DNA of 64,000 bases, taken from an uncultured Chloroflexia bacterium. GTDB taxonomy: Bacteria > Chloroflexota > Limnocylindria > Limnocylindrales > CSP1-4. Shown here in pieces: positions 20,573 through 32,370 of this stretch. Location: assembly GCA_963763775.1 (NCBI GenBank), contig CAVXPZ010000004.1, positions 656,467 to 720,466 of the forward strand, read 5' to 3'. The position numbers were made by a program, and so were the translations under genes. The notes beneath the pieces were generated by a model. That model worked only from the letters and a program-made list of their open reading frames with translations, had not been told where the DNA came from and searched no databases. The number at the start of each line of letters is the position of its first letter. Within the stretch, counting starts at the first letter, position 1.

Positions 20573-20628
20573 CCGCCATCGCGGAGGCGAGCCGACGCGT
20601 CGGCTCGCGCTCATGGCCCGGAGGGCCT

Positions 20629-20646
20629 ATCGGTCGGTCGACCGAT
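20629..20646. promoter_or_regulatory. Perfect palindrome, likely LuxR-type operator
   Basis: ATCGGTCG-GT-CGACCGAT upstream of TACACT (-10) and leaderless ATG at 20681. Confidence 0.5.
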
Positions 20647-20680
20647 GCCACGAAGACGCGCTTGCGTACACTCGCGGCAT

Positions 20681-23558
20681 ATGGATCCCACGACGCTCCT
20701 CCAGAGTCCCCTGCTGATCGGTCGCGACCAGCTGCTCGTGCTCGCCGACGACCGGCTCGAGAAGGCGGCCGCCGGGCACGGGCAGGTGCTGCTCCTGGCC
20801 GGGGAGGCGGGCATCGGCAAGACCCGCCTGCTCCACGCGCTCCTGCGCAAGGCCGGGGCCGCGGGATTCATCATCAGCAAGGGCGACCTCGCCCCGCAGG
20901 ACTCGCTCGTGCCGTTGGCGTCGATCCTGGACCACGCCCGGACGATGCGCCAGATCCCGGCCTTCGGCACGCTCGGCGACGACCTGCTGGCCCTGCGCCG
21001 GGACCGTGGCGCCGATTCGCTCGCGTCGCGGCGGATCCTCGTCCATGACATCGCGGGGCGGATCGTCAGCGCCGTGGACCGACCGACGTTGCTGGCCTTC
21101 GAGGACCTCCAGTGGGCCGACGAGCTGACCCTCGAGGTCATCGGGGAGCTCGCCCGACTCGCCCCGGAACGACCCCTCTTCCTGATCGGGGCGTACCGGC
21201 CGGATGAGCTCCGGGCCGACGCGATGCATCGCGAGTGGCGGGCGCGGCTGCTGAGCCAGCGTTTCGGCGAAGAGGCCGTCCTCGCACCATTGACGTACGA
21301 CGAGACGGCCCTGGCCACGACCCTCATCCTGGGCACGGGACTGCCCGCGTCGCGCGACGTCGTCAGTGCCATCTTCGAACGGTCCGATGGCGTGCCCCTC
21401 TATATCGAGGAACTGCTGGCCGCGCTCCGCGGTGCCACGGCGGACGGCCGGGCGATCCGGGACGCCAAGGTCCCGACCTCGATCGAGGACGCGATCATGG
21501 CGCGGGTCGGACGTCTGTCGGCCGACGCCCAGGTCGTGGGTCGAGCGGCCGCCGTGATCGGCCGGTGCTTCGTGCCGAGCGTCCTGGCCGGCATGCTGGA
21601 TCGTCCCGTCTCCGACCTCGACGAGCCGCTCGACGAGCTCACGCGGAACGCCTTCATCTTCACGTACGGCGAAGGCATCCTCGACTTCCGCCACCAGCTC
21701 ATCCGCGATGCGCTGTACCGCAGCGTCCCGTCGAGCGAGCTGCGTCGCCTCCATGCTCGCGCCGGGGAGTTCGGGGCGCAGCTCGAGGGCGCGTCCGAGA
21801 TCCATGCCTCCGCGCACTTCGAGCGGGCCGGTCTTCGCCCGCAGGCGTACCGTGCGGCCCTCGCGGGCGCCGACGCGGCGAGCGCCGTCTCGAGCCGGCA
21901 TGAGGCGTTCGAGCTGTACGCCCGCGCTGTGGCCAACATCCCGGACGAGCTTTCCGCCCTCGATCGAGCCGCCTTGTACGACGCGTACTGCACCTCCGCG
22001 TTCGCCGTCGACGACGTCGAGATCGGGGTGACCTCGGCAAAGGAGGCCCGGCGCTACTACCTCGAGGCCGGGCGGCCGATCGAGGCCGCGATGGCGCTGG
22101 TGAGCCTGGCCGGGATGGGCCGCCGCGATGTCTGGCCACACGAGGAGCGCGTGCGACTCCTCGCCGAGGCGGAACACGACCTCGAGGACCTGCCCGAATC
22201 TCCCGAACGCATGGCCCTCCTGTCCGACATCCGCCTGTTCCAGGGGATCATCGAGCTCGAATTCGACCGCCCTCGAACCCGCCGCGGTGCTCTTCGGGGA
22301 AGCGCGCCGACTCTGGCTCGCGGCCGGCGAGACGGACACGACCGACTTCGAGTGGACCGCCGCCCAGGTCGACGTGCTGTCGGGGCGCATCGATGCCGGG
22401 CTCGAGACGATGCTGCGGCTGGCCCGGGAGTCCCGCGACGCGCGGCTCGAGAGCAGCGGCGTGACCGCGTACCGGACCGCGGCCGCGATCGCCGTGCGGG
22501 TCATGGCGTACCCAGCCGCGGAGATCGGCCTGCGCGAGGGACTTCGCTATGCCGACGAGATCGAGCAGTCCTACTGCCGACACGTGATGGCCGCGACGTC
22601 GGCCCACGTCGCGTGGGCGTCCGGCCGATGGGACGAGGCAGTCCTGGCGGCTGAGCTCGAGCTTGTGGAGCGGGGCAGCCGGCGCGGGACGCTCGGGTCG
22701 CGCGACGCGCTCGGGTTCGTGGCGTTCGGCCGCGGTGAGGTCGACCGTGCCCGCGACCTGCTCGACGGGTCGCTCGCCGTCGCGCGCGACAGCGCCGAGG
22801 TGGAACTCGTGATGCCCGCCATGTGGGGCCTCGCCGAGACGGCGCTGATCGCCGGCGAGCCCGGCGTCGCGATCGAGCACGTCGAGGCAGCGGATGCCCT
22901 CGCCACGCGCACGGGCGAGCGGGCACTGCTCGTCCCGTTCGTCGTGACCGGCGTCCGGGCCTACCTCGCAGCGCGCCGCCCGGCGGACGCGGAACGTTGG
23001 GTCCAGAGCGTCGCCACGCACCTGACCGGCTGGGAGCGGGCCCGCCCCGCGCTCGACCATGCGGACGGGCTTCTCCGCCTGACGACGGGGTCGACGGTCT
23101 CGGCGCGCACCAGCCTCGAGGCGGCGGTCAGCGGCTGGGACGCGCTCGGGCGCACCTGGGAGAGCACCAACGCCCGGCTCGACCTCGCGTCATGCCTGAT
23201 CCGCGGCAATCGCCACATGCATGCGATGCCGATCCTGACCGAGGTCCGTGCGATCGCCGAGGGCCTGCGGAGCCGCCCACTGCTCGAGCGGGTCGAGGAG
23301 TTGTCGAGCCTCGCCCGTCGACGCGGGGTCACCGAGGAGCCGTGGCACCCGCTGAGCGCCCGAGAGTTCGAGGTCGCGAGCCTCGTCGCCCAGGGCCAGA
23401 CCAATGGCGAGATCGCCGAGGTCCTCGGGCTGTCGCCGAAGACCGTCAGCGCCCACCTCGAACACATCCTGGCGAAGCTCGGCGCCCTCCGGCGGGCCGA
23501 GGTGGCGGCGTGGGTGGCAACGGTGCGGACACCCGAAGGGGTCGGCGCCGGTCGCTGA
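20681..23558 (+). CDS. AAA-ATPase/TPR/LuxR-HTH (LAL/STAND-like) transcriptional regulator, frameshift near 22268
   Basis: GEAGIGKTRL, FEDLQWAD, GVPLYIEEL, FRHQLIRDA; C-terminal LSAREFEVA...LSPKTVSAHLEHILAKLG. Confidence 0.88.
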
Positions 23559-23579
23559 GCAGACCGATCCCGGCCCCGG

Positions 23580-24032
23580 CTACCTAGGTGCTGGGCCGTC
23601 GCGCTTGATCTTGCGCCAGCCGCCCGCGCGGTTGTTCGCGATGATCTGCCGGAACATCTCGGTCAGGGCACGCTCGTTGACGGTATCGTCGCGGCGGAAG
23701 GCCACCGTGCGGGCCGTCTGGTTGTCGTGGCCCGCGGTGATGATCCCCTCCGGGTCGGGCACGATCGCGCCGTCGTAGAGGAACACGTTGACGTGGTCCT
23801 TGGCAGCGAGCAGCGCGCAGACGTTCCCCTCGAGGACGAAGTACGGCTGGACGCTCCGCTTGATGGTCTCGACGACGTCGGGGTCTGCTTCGTGCACCAG
23901 GTCGCGGACGCGCTGGCCGATCGCCCGCTGCCACGCGGGGAGCGCATCAAGGTAGGTGTCGACGCGGGCGTCCTTCGCGTACGGGACGGGCGCGCCCACG
24001 GTCAGGTCGCGACGCTCAGCAACCCGCGCCAC
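23580..24032 (-). CDS. DUF1801 (YdhG-like) domain protein
   Basis: VDTYLDALPAWQ...VRDLVHEADPDVVETIK...PYF. Confidence 0.8.
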   Translation of the reverse strand: MARVAERRDLTVGAPVPYAKDARVDTYLDALPAWQRAIGQRVRDLVHEADPDVVETIKRSVQPYFVLEGNVCALLAAKDHVNVFLYDGAIVPDPEGIITAGHDNQTARTVAFRRDDTVNERALTEMFRQIIANNRAGGWRKIKRDGPAPR

Positions 24033-24540
24033 TCATGGCGCCGGCGATGGCGCTCTGGTGGCCGAGGAAGTCGGCGACCGTGCCGATCTTCTGGTCGTAG
24101 GTGTCGATCGCGGCCTGGGTCACGGGCTCGGTGGCGAACAGCACCTGCGCGGCCTTGCCCGCCTCCTCGTAGAAGTCGATCGCGGCCTTCGGGTCCCCGA
24201 GCGGGGACGAGTAGCCGTCGAGCGCGTGCAGGTCGTGCATGCCGGCGAGGAACCGGTCCAGGTCCAGGTCGCCGATCTGCTTGGTCTTGATCGGTTCGAC
24301 GGTCTCCGGGCTCCGGAGCTGGGCCAGAAGCTGCACGGCCAGCAACTGGATGGCGGCGGTCTTGATCTTGGCGCAGTCGACCGAGCCGACGGCCGCGGGC
24401 GCGGAGGTGGCATCGGTGGCCGCCGACGCCTGGCCACCGGCCGGTGACGCCGCCGAGCCGGGACTCGCGTTGGCGCTGCCGCCTCCGCACGCCGCGAGGA
24501 GGAGGACCATCAGGAGCGGAAGGACGAGTCGGTTGCGCAT
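24016..24540 (-). CDS. Hypothetical lipoprotein
   Basis: Lipobox LAAC; TACGAT 6 nt upstream of ATG. Confidence 0.7.
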   Translation of the reverse strand: MRNRLVLPLLMVLLLAACGGGSANASPGSAASPAGGQASAATDATSAPAAVGSVDCAKIKTAAIQLLAVQLLAQLRSPETVEPIKTKQIGDLDLDRFLAGMHDLHALDGYSSPLGDPKAAIDFYEEAGKAAQVLFATEPVTQAAIDTYDQKIGTVADFLGHQSAIAGAMSGAGC

Positions 24541-24600
24541 AGCCGCATCGTATCGTCGGCGGGAGCGGCACGCGAGTCGGCGGACGGGCAGCCCAGACCG

Positions 24601-25665
24601 TCAGCGCGGACCGTCAGCCCGGACCGCGGCTGGCCCGGTCGAACCGCGGACGATCAGCCGCGTTTCGAGCCGGATCGGCCTGGTGGGTGGATCCCGTCCT
24701 TCGACGACGGACAGGAGCAGGCGCACGGCGCTCTCGCCTTTGAGGCGGATCGGCTGGTGCACCGTGGTCAGGGGCGGGTTCGTGTGCTGGGCGATGTCGA
24801 TGTCGTCGAACCCGACGACCGACAGGTCGTCCGGGACGCCCAGCCCGAGCTCGCGCGCCGCCCGAAGCACCCCGATCGCGATGGCATCGGACATCGCGAT
24901 CACGGCGGTCGGGCGACGGCCGTCCGCCCACGCTCGGCGAAATGCGGCGATGCCGCCGTCGATCGTGATCGGCGAGACGACGATCGCATCGTCCGGCATC
25001 TCGAGTCCGTGCGCGGCGAGCGCGGCGACGTGACCACGCAGGCGACGGGGTACGACGCCATCGTCATGCGTCGGACTCCCGGTCGTCGACGGCTCGAAGG
25101 CGACGATGAGGATGTCGCGGTGGCCAAGGCCGATCAGGTGCTCGGTCGCGGCCCGCGCGCCGCCCTCGTCGTCGACGACCACACTCGGCTGGTTCTCGAG
25201 ACCGGTCGAGTCCACCATGACCAGCGGCACGGCTGCGGCGCGGATCTCCTCGATCTCCGGATGGTCGGCCGACAGCCCGATCGCCACGACCCCATCCACC
25301 GTCGCCCGATGCATGGCGCGGGCGAGCGACCCGTGGAGCGGGGAGATGAAGTGCAGGGCATACCCTTCGCGCTCGGCGGCGAGGGCGACGCCCTCCGAGA
25401 AGGCCCCGAAGAACGGGTTGGAGAAGATCACCGAGAGCGCCTGCGGCGTCAGGATGCCGAGGGAGTAGGTGCGTCGCTGGGTGAGCATCCGGGCGACCGG
25501 GTGCGGCCGATACCCCAGGGACTCGGCGACGATCCGGACCCGGTCGGCCGTCGCCGGCGCCAGGCGATCCGGACGGTTGAAGGCGAACGACACCGTCGTC
25601 TTGGAGACGCCGGCCTCGCGGGCGACGTCAGCGATCCGGGGCCGTTGCGGGATCCGCTCCTCCAC
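24601..25665 (-). CDS. LacI family transcriptional regulator
   Basis: IADVAREAGVSKTTVSFAFN, LGYRP, DLSVVGFDDI, LTTVHQP. Confidence 0.92.
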   Translation of the reverse strand: MEERIPQRPRIADVAREAGVSKTTVSFAFNRPDRLAPATADRVRIVAESLGYRPHPVARMLTQRRTYSLGILTPQALSVIFSNPFFGAFSEGVALAAEREGYALHFISPLHGSLARAMHRATVDGVVAIGLSADHPEIEEIRAAAVPLVMVDSTGLENQPSVVVDDEGGARAATEHLIGLGHRDILIVAFEPSTTGSPTHDDGVVPRRLRGHVAALAAHGLEMPDDAIVVSPITIDGGIAAFRRAWADGRRPTAVIAMSDAIAIGVLRAARELGLGVPDDLSVVGFDDIDIAQHTNPPLTTVHQPIRLKGESAVRLLLSVVEGRDPPTRPIRLETRLIVRGSTGPAAVRADGPR

Positions 25666-25696
25666 GGTCTCCTCGATTCCGGGCCAGGGTCCTAGG

Positions 25697-25713
25697 CGCA
25701 AACCGGTTTACCA
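25697..25713. promoter_or_regulatory. LacI-type operator
   Basis: Core palindrome AAACCGGTTT at 25700-25709, just upstream of the lacI-family gene. Confidence 0.65.
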
Positions 25714-25802
25714 AGCGTCGGTGGCGGTGTCAATAGGGTTGTGCCGTCGTGCACCCTCGCACCGATTTCGGGTATCGGGATGCCGCCGCCATGCCATCGC
25801 CG

Positions 25803-26625
25803 TCAGCGGCGGACCGCCCCGTCGGTCAACCCCCGGATGAACCGCCGCTGGAGCACGAGGAAGAGCAGCAGCGGCGGAAGGATCACGATCGCCATGCCAG
25901 CGAAGGTCAGCCCCTGGTCCGTCGAGTACACGGTCGAGAAGCGGCTGAGCGCCAGTGGCGCCGTGAACGTGTCGGGCTTCTGGAGCAGCACGAGGGCTCC
26001 CCCGAAATCGTTCCAGGTGAAGATCGCGACCAGGACGGCGACGGCGAGGATCCCCGGCCGTGCGAGCGGGATCACGATCCGAAGCAGGATGTCATCCGTC
26101 CGGCGCCATCGATCCGTCCGGCGTCGATGACGTCCCGGGGGATCGTCCGGAGATAGCCGACGAGCAGCACGGTGGCGAACGAGACGCTCGTCACGACATC
26201 GGTCAGCGCGAGCCCGGTCAGGTTGTTGATCAGGCCGAGCGAGCGGAACATCGAGAACAGGGGACGATCAGCACGTCCGTCGGGATGATCAACGGCGCCA
26301 GGATCACGATGAACAGCACCGCGCGACCGGCCGGCCGCAGGAGGGTGAGGGCGTAGGCGGCCGAGACCGCGAGGGCCAGAACGACCGTCACGGTCACGAC
26401 GGTGACGTAGACGGAGTTCGCCAGGGCGAGGCCAAGCTGCGCGCGGCTCCACGCTTCGCCGATGTTCTCGATCGCCGGCGGCCATGGCACATCCCACGGC
26501 GCGCGATAGATGTCGGCACTCGACCGGACCGCGTTCGCCAGCGTCCAGGCCAGCGGGTAGAGCCATACGAGTGCGAGGACCGTGAGTAGCACGGTGGTCC
26601 AGTGCCGGCGAGGCAGGCCGATCAC
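25803..26625 (-). CDS. Carbohydrate ABC transporter permease (MalG-like), frameshifted
   Basis: LANSVYVT, IDAGRIDGA EAA-loop, FTWNDF, FIRGLTDGAV; shifts near 26262 and 26095. Confidence 0.8.
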
Positions 26626-27543
26626 GACCTCACCGCCTCGGCGCGTCGGTCAAGGACCCGGTACTCGACGACCGCGAACACGAGGATGAGGGCGAGGAGG
26701 ATCATCGCTTTCGCCTGCGCGGGACCGACCTCCAGGAACCGGAAGGCGGTCGTGTAGATGTCGGTCGCGACGGTCTCCGTGGCGTGGGACGGACCGCCCT
26801 CGGTCATGACCCAGACCATGTCGAAGGTCCGCAGGGTCCCGATCGTGGTCAACAGGACGACCGCGAACGTCTGCGGCCACAACAACGGCCACGTGACCCG
26901 CCGGAATTGCTGGAGACCGACCGGCGCCCTCCAGGACCGCGTGCTCGTAGTAGGCCCGCGGGAGCGCCTCGATCGCCGCGAGGTAGATGACCATGACCAG
27001 CCCAGAGAACCGCCACAGGAAGACGACGAGGATCGCCCAGAGAGCCGTGTCCGCACCCGACAGCGGCGCAACGGTCTCGGTATCGAGACCGAGGGCGTGA
27101 CCGACCGTGGCGGCGATCCCGAAGTACGGGGCGTAGAGGAACTTCCAGACCGCGCCGACCGCGACAGGGGCGAGGACGAACGGCGCGAAGAACGCGATCG
27201 TGAAGAAGGTCCTCCCCCGGTGCACGTCGACCATGAGGACCGCAAGCGCGAGGCCGAGTCCGGTCTGGAGCACCACGGCCACGCTCGTGAAGAGGACCGT
27301 ATCGAGGAGGCTCCGCTGGAAGACGGCGTCGCCAAGGATCGCGTGGGCATAGTGGTCGAGCCCCACGAATGTCGTGGGCTCGAAGGCCTTGGTGTCGTGC
27401 AGGCTGAGCACGAGACCGTCGGCGAGCGGGTACAGGAGGAAGCCAGCGAGGATCGCCAGCAGCGGGAGGATGAACAGCGTGTCGATCGCGCGTTCGCGAC
27501 GGGCGCGGCCGCGAAACGCGGCGCCATCCAAGGTCTTGGTCAC
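26622..27543 (-). CDS. Carbohydrate ABC transporter permease (MalF-like), frameshift near 26920
   Basis: FVGLDHY, YEHAVLEGA, LRTFDMVWVMTEGGP. Confidence 0.8.
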
Positions 27544-27721
27544 GTCCCGGGCGGGCGGGCATGGCGCGGCCCGACGGTCGGCGACGGGTGCAATTCCCTC
27601 AGGACCATCACGTCTCGCGAGCGGGATCCGACCGCTCGAACCATACTCGCTCAGCGAGCCTCGAACGAGAGCAGGCGGCTCTCCGGGCCCGCGAGCGAAC
27701 CTGGTCTCGACGGAGGGCCCG

Positions 27722-29125
27722 CTGCACCCAGCTCGATCGACCCCGGACCTCGCCTGGTCGCGATCGCGCGCCCGCCGCGATGTCCTCAAGCTCGGCGCCG
27801 TGATGGCTGCCGGTGGCGTCGTGGCCCCGCTCCTGGCCGCATGCGGCGCGGCGGCGGGACCACGTGAGACACCCGCGACGGCGACCGGCGTCGACAGTGT
27901 GTCGGGACGGATCACGGTCCTCACGGAGGGCGGCGACCCCAGTGCGGACCCGGCGCTGCAACGGGTCTACGACGACTTCAAGCGGCAGCATCCCGCCGTC
28001 GAGTGGGACATCCGGGCGATCACGGGGCTCGGGCCGGAGTGGGATCGACTTGCACGTGCCACGCTCGCGTCCGGCGAGCCGGTCGGGCTGATCCTGGTCG
28101 ATGGCCTGTTCGTCCGCGCGTGGACACGGGACGGCCTCCTGGCCGACCTCGGCGCCGATCCCAGGCTGTCCGCCGTACTCGCCCGGGTCCCAGCCTCCTT
28201 CCACCTCGGAGGGATCCGCGAAACCACCACGCGAGCCTTTCCGCTCGCCCTGAGCCGGGGTGTGCAGACCACGGGCTTGTACTACAACAAGGCGCTCCTC
28301 GACAAGGCAGGCCTGCAGCCTCCCAGGACCATCGCGGACCTGCGCGCGATGGTCGGGCCGCTGGCGGCCCTCGGCGCGGCGCCGCTCGTCCACCCGTCGG
28401 GTGATGCCCCGTTCAACCCGTTGCTCGTGATGTGGCTCCTGCCGATGATCGCGGAACGCGGCGGCGACCCGGTCGACTTCGTCGAGCGAACGATCAAGGG
28501 CGAGATCCGGTACGACAGCCCCGAATGGACCGAGGCGTTCCAGACGATCGCCGACCTCCGGAGCTCCGGCGTCCTGCTGGACGGGTCTGGCGCGACGGAC
28601 TACGCCACGATGCAACTCCTCTTCCTCCAGGGCAAGGCGGCCATGACGTACAACGGCACCTGGATGCTGGACCAGCTGCTGACAGGGACGCCGACCGTCG
28701 ACTTCGACCTGCACGTGGCGCCGCTGCCGCTCGTGGGTGGAGCCTCGAAGGCACGATCCATCCTCGCCTGGGCCGGTTTCGCGATGCCGGCCTCGCCCGC
28801 GGCAAGCGGCGACAGCGTCGCAGCGTTCCTGGAGTACGCGAGTCGCCCCGACGTCGACCGCGCCGTCGTCCAGGGCCTGCAGTGCTACTCGCCGATCGCG
28901 GACTCGAATGTCGCGATCGAGAACGAGGTGGCCCAGGAGTTCCTCCCGATGCTCGACGACGCCATCACCTCGCTCAATTGGCTCTGGGAGCCGGAGATCG
29001 ATGCCGAGATCGGCGACCAGGTCCAAGCCCTCGTGAAGGGCGATACGGACCCAGCCGCTGTCGGGGCGGCGATCCAGGCCGTCGCCGACCAACTCCGTTC
29101 GGCCGGTCGAAGCTACTACCCTTGA
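27722..29125 (+). CDS. Sugar ABC extracellular solute-binding lipoprotein with Tat-like signal; start uncertain (possible CTG after GGAGG)
   Basis: ARRDVLK plus LAAC; GLYYNKALLDKAG; FLQGKAAMTYNGTW. Confidence 0.8.
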   Translation: MHPARSTPDLAWSRSRARRDVLKLGAVMAAGGVVAPLLAACGAAAGPRETPATATGVDSVSGRITVLTEGGDPSADPALQRVYDDFKRQHPAVEWDIRAITGLGPEWDRLARATLASGEPVGLILVDGLFVRAWTRDGLLADLGADPRLSAVLARVPASFHLGGIRETTTRAFPLALSRGVQTTGLYYNKALLDKAGLQPPRTIADLRAMVGPLAALGAAPLVHPSGDAPFNPLLVMWLLPMIAERGGDPVDFVERTIKGEIRYDSPEWTEAFQTIADLRSSGVLLDGSGATDYATMQLLFLQGKAAMTYNGTWMLDQLLTGTPTVDFDLHVAPLPLVGGASKARSILAWAGFAMPASPAASGDSVAAFLEYASRPDVDRAVVQGLQCYSPIADSNVAIENEVAQEFLPMLDDAITSLNWLWEPEIDAEIGDQVQALVKGDTDPAAVGAAIQAVADQLRSAGRSYYP

Positions 29126-29130
29126 GGGGC

Positions 29131-31874
29131 GTGACCGACTCGCTGCTCGATACCAAGTTCTATGCGCCGAGGCGCCGGCAGGACCTCGTGCCCCGACCGC
29201 AGCTCACGGATCGCGTGCGGCGCGGGACGCGATCGAAGCTGACGCTCGTCTCGGCCCCGGCCGGGTTCGGCAAGTCGACCCTGTTGGCCGAGTGGCTGGC
29301 CGCCGCGCCGGCCGATGGATCGGTCACCGCGTGGCTGTCGCTCGATCCGGGCGATGACGACCCGATGGTGTTCTGGACGCAGGTGGTCGCCGCGCTACGG
29401 ACGGTGGCGGACGTGGGCGCGAGCACGCTGACGCTGCTCGAATCGCCTGACCGGGCGATCGACACCGTGTTGGCGCCCTTGCTCAACGACCTCAACGCCT
29501 TGCCGCATGACGTCGTCCTGGTCTTCGACGACTTCCACGTGATCGGATCGGCCGCGATCCAGGTCGGGATGGCCTTCCTGCTCGAGCATCTCCCGGCGCA
29601 CGTGCACCTGGTGATCGCGACGCGCGCCGACCCGGCCTTGCCGCTCGCCCGTCTCCGCGCGCGCGGCGAGCTGGTCGAGATCCGGCCGGAGACCTTCGCT
29701 TCACCACCGACGAGGCGGATGCGTTCCTCAACGAGGTGATGGCACTCGATGTGACGGCCGACGATGTCGCGATGCTCGAGGGCAGGACCGAGGGCTGGAT
29801 CGCCGCCATCCAACTCGCGGGGATCTCGATGCAGGGGCGCGCGGACGTCGCCGGTTTCATCGCCCGGTTCGCCGGCGACGACCGGTACATCGTCGACTAC
29901 CTCGTCGAGGAGGTCCTCCAACGGCAGTCGGAGCAGGTCCGCACTTTCCTGCTGGAGACGTCGATCCTGAGCCGTCTGAATGGCGCGTTGTCCGATGCCG
30001 TGACCGGCCAGGTCGGCGGCAGGGCGATGCTGGAGGCTCTGGAGCGACAGAACCTGTTCCTCATCCCGCTGGACGACCGGCGAGCGTGGTATCGCTACCA
30101 CCACCTGTTCGCCGATGTGCTCCAGGCGCGACTTCGGGACGAACGCCCCGAGCGCGTGCCCGAGCTTCACGGCCGCGCCGCCGAGTGGCACGAGCATGAC
30201 GGCGAGCGAGCGGACGCGATCCGCCACGCGATGGCCGGGAGGGACTTCGAGCGAGCCGCGGATCTCGTCGAGCTCGCGATCCCGGCGACGAGCCGGGGCC
30301 GACAGGAGGCGACGTTGCGCCGGTGGCTGGAGGCCCTCCCCGACGAGGTGATCCGGGTGCGACCAGTGCTGAGCGACGGCTATGCCGGGACCCTGCTGGT
30401 CCGGGGCGAGACGGCGGGCGTCGAGGCGCGGCTCGAGGATGCCGAGCGTTGGCTGGAGGCGACCGACGTCGTGCCTTCGGCGGACGGGTCCGGGCCCAAG
30501 ATGGTCGTGGCGGACCAGGAGGCCTTCCGAACCCTGCCCGCCAGGATCGCGATGCACCGCGCGGGCCTGGCGCGACTGCGCGGCGATGTCCCCGGCACCA
30601 TCGAGCACGCTCACCGGACGCTCGAGCTCGTGGACGAGGACGATGACCTCGGCCAGGGAGCGGCGTCGACCCTTCTTGGTCTCGCCCACTGGGCCAATGG
30701 GGATCTCGAGGCAGCGACCGACCTGTACGCCGGGGCGATGACGCGCTTCGAACGAGCGGACTACCTGTCCGACGCGATCGGGCTCGCCATCGCCATGGCC
30801 GACATGCGGCTCGCCCAGGGCCGGCTTGCCGAGGCGATGTCGACGTACGAACGGGGACTGGCGCTGGCGACGCGCGGGCGCTCCGTGACCCTGCGGGGGG
30901 CCGCGGACATGCACGTGGGCATCGGCGAGATCATGCGTCAGCGCGGTGACATCGCGGGTGCCGCGCAACAGCTGCGCCAGGCCGGCGACCTGGGCGAAGA
31001 GAACGGCCTCCCGCAGAACCCATACCGGTCGCGGGTGGCTGGCGCTCTGCTCCTGGCCTCGCAAGGGGACTTGGCCAACGCCGTCGGGCTGCTCGACGAG
31101 GCGGAGCGCGTCTTCTTCAGTGACTTCTCCCCGAACGTCCGACCCATCCCGGCCTTGCGGGCCCGGCTGTGGCTACGCCAGGGGCGCTTGCCGGAGGCGC
31201 TCGGGTGGGCGCGCGCCCGGAACCTGTCGGCGACTGACTTGACGTATGAGCACGAGTTCGAGCACGCGACCCTGGCCCGAGTCCTGTTAGCGCAAGGGGT
31301 GCAGGAGCGGGCCGACGACCACATCCGCGCGGCCATCGATCTCACCGAGCGCCTCCTCGTCGCGGCCGAGGCAGGTGGGCGCCACGGGAGCGCCATCGAC
31401 ATCCTCATCGCGCAGGCGCTCGCCCGTCAGGCAGATCACGACGAGGCGGGCGCGACGGCGGCCCTGGGTCGCGCGCTCGCGATCGCGGAGCCTGAAGGCT
31501 ATGTCCGCGCCTTCCTCGACGAGGGACCGCCGATGAGCATGCTGCTGAAGCTGGCGGCCAAGGACCGTCGCGCGCCGAGCTACGTCCGCCGACTCCTGGC
31601 GACCGCGAGCGTCGCCGACCGGATCGAGGCAGCCGTCCCGCAGCCACTCATCGAACCGCTCAGCGAGCGGGAACTCGGGGTCCTCCGCTTCCTAGCGACC
31701 GATCTCGACGGCCCCGATATCGCGCGTGCGCTTTCCATCTCGGTCGCCACCGTGCGGACGCACACCCGCACCATCTACTCGAAGCTCGGCGTGAACAACC
31801 GGCGGGCGGCGGTCCGCCGCGCCGACGAGCTCGGCCTCCTCTCGCGAACGCAAGAGCGTCGCCCCAGCGAGTGA
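29131..31874 (+). CDS. MalT-like LuxR-family STAND regulator, frameshift near 29688
   Basis: LLDTKFYAP, APAGFGKSTLLAEW, FDDFHVI, TEGWIAAIQL, YRYHHLFAD, LSERELGVL...TVRTHTRTIYSKLG. Confidence 0.9.
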
Positions 31875-31946
31875 CGCCTCGCGGCGAACGCCGCGACGAC
31901 CATGCGCGTGCAGCGCGCAAGAGCCTCGATGGCGCTTGCCGAAGTT

Positions 31947-31987
31947 TCATCACCCCGCTCATCAGGTGTGGTGATGCGCGCTCATCA
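31947..31987 (+). promoter_or_regulatory. Clustered TCATCA/TGGTGA half-sites, probable binding site of the adjacent MalT-like regulator
   Basis: TCATCA at 31947, 31959 and 31982; TCATCA-GGTG-TGGTGA-TGCG at 31959-31978. Confidence 0.55.
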
Positions 31988-32068
31988 CATCCGCTTCCAC
32001 CTTGTGCGAGTGACTCAGGTCGGTGTCGCCGGCCGGAGATCCAGTTGGCAACACGCACAAGGAGCGGG

Positions 32069-32347
32069 ATGACCGAACGACACGCCAGGACGACAGACGC
32101 CGATGAAGCCGGGCGCTACGAGATCCGGCTCGCCGGCCGGCTCGACGCACGCTGGGCCGCGTGGTTCGACGGACTGACCGTCGACGACACGGTCGACGGG
32201 ACCACCGTCATCGCTGGCGATGTGCCCGACCAGGCGGCCCTCCATGGGCTGCTCCAGCGAGTCCGTGATCTCGGCTTGCCGCTGATCTCGGTCACGAGGA
32301 TCGAGCCGGACGAGCCCGACCTCCCACCTTCCGACCAACCGCGATGA
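32069..32347 (+). CDS. Small conserved hypothetical protein (ferredoxin/ACT-like fold predicted)
   Basis: YEIRLAGRLDARWAAWFDGL...DQAALHGLLQRVRDLGLPLISV; AAGGAG RBS. Confidence 0.8.
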   Translation: MTERHARTTDADEAGRYEIRLAGRLDARWAAWFDGLTVDDTVDGTTVIAGDVPDQAALHGLLQRVRDLGLPLISVTRIEPDEPDLPPSDQPR

Positions 32348-32370
32348 CGCGTAACGACAAGGAGACCGAC

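Noticed and set aside
20681-31874. STAND ATPases as Avs-type defence proteins
   Set aside because: Both end in LuxR HTH domains and lack nuclease or other effector domains; they are transcription regulators
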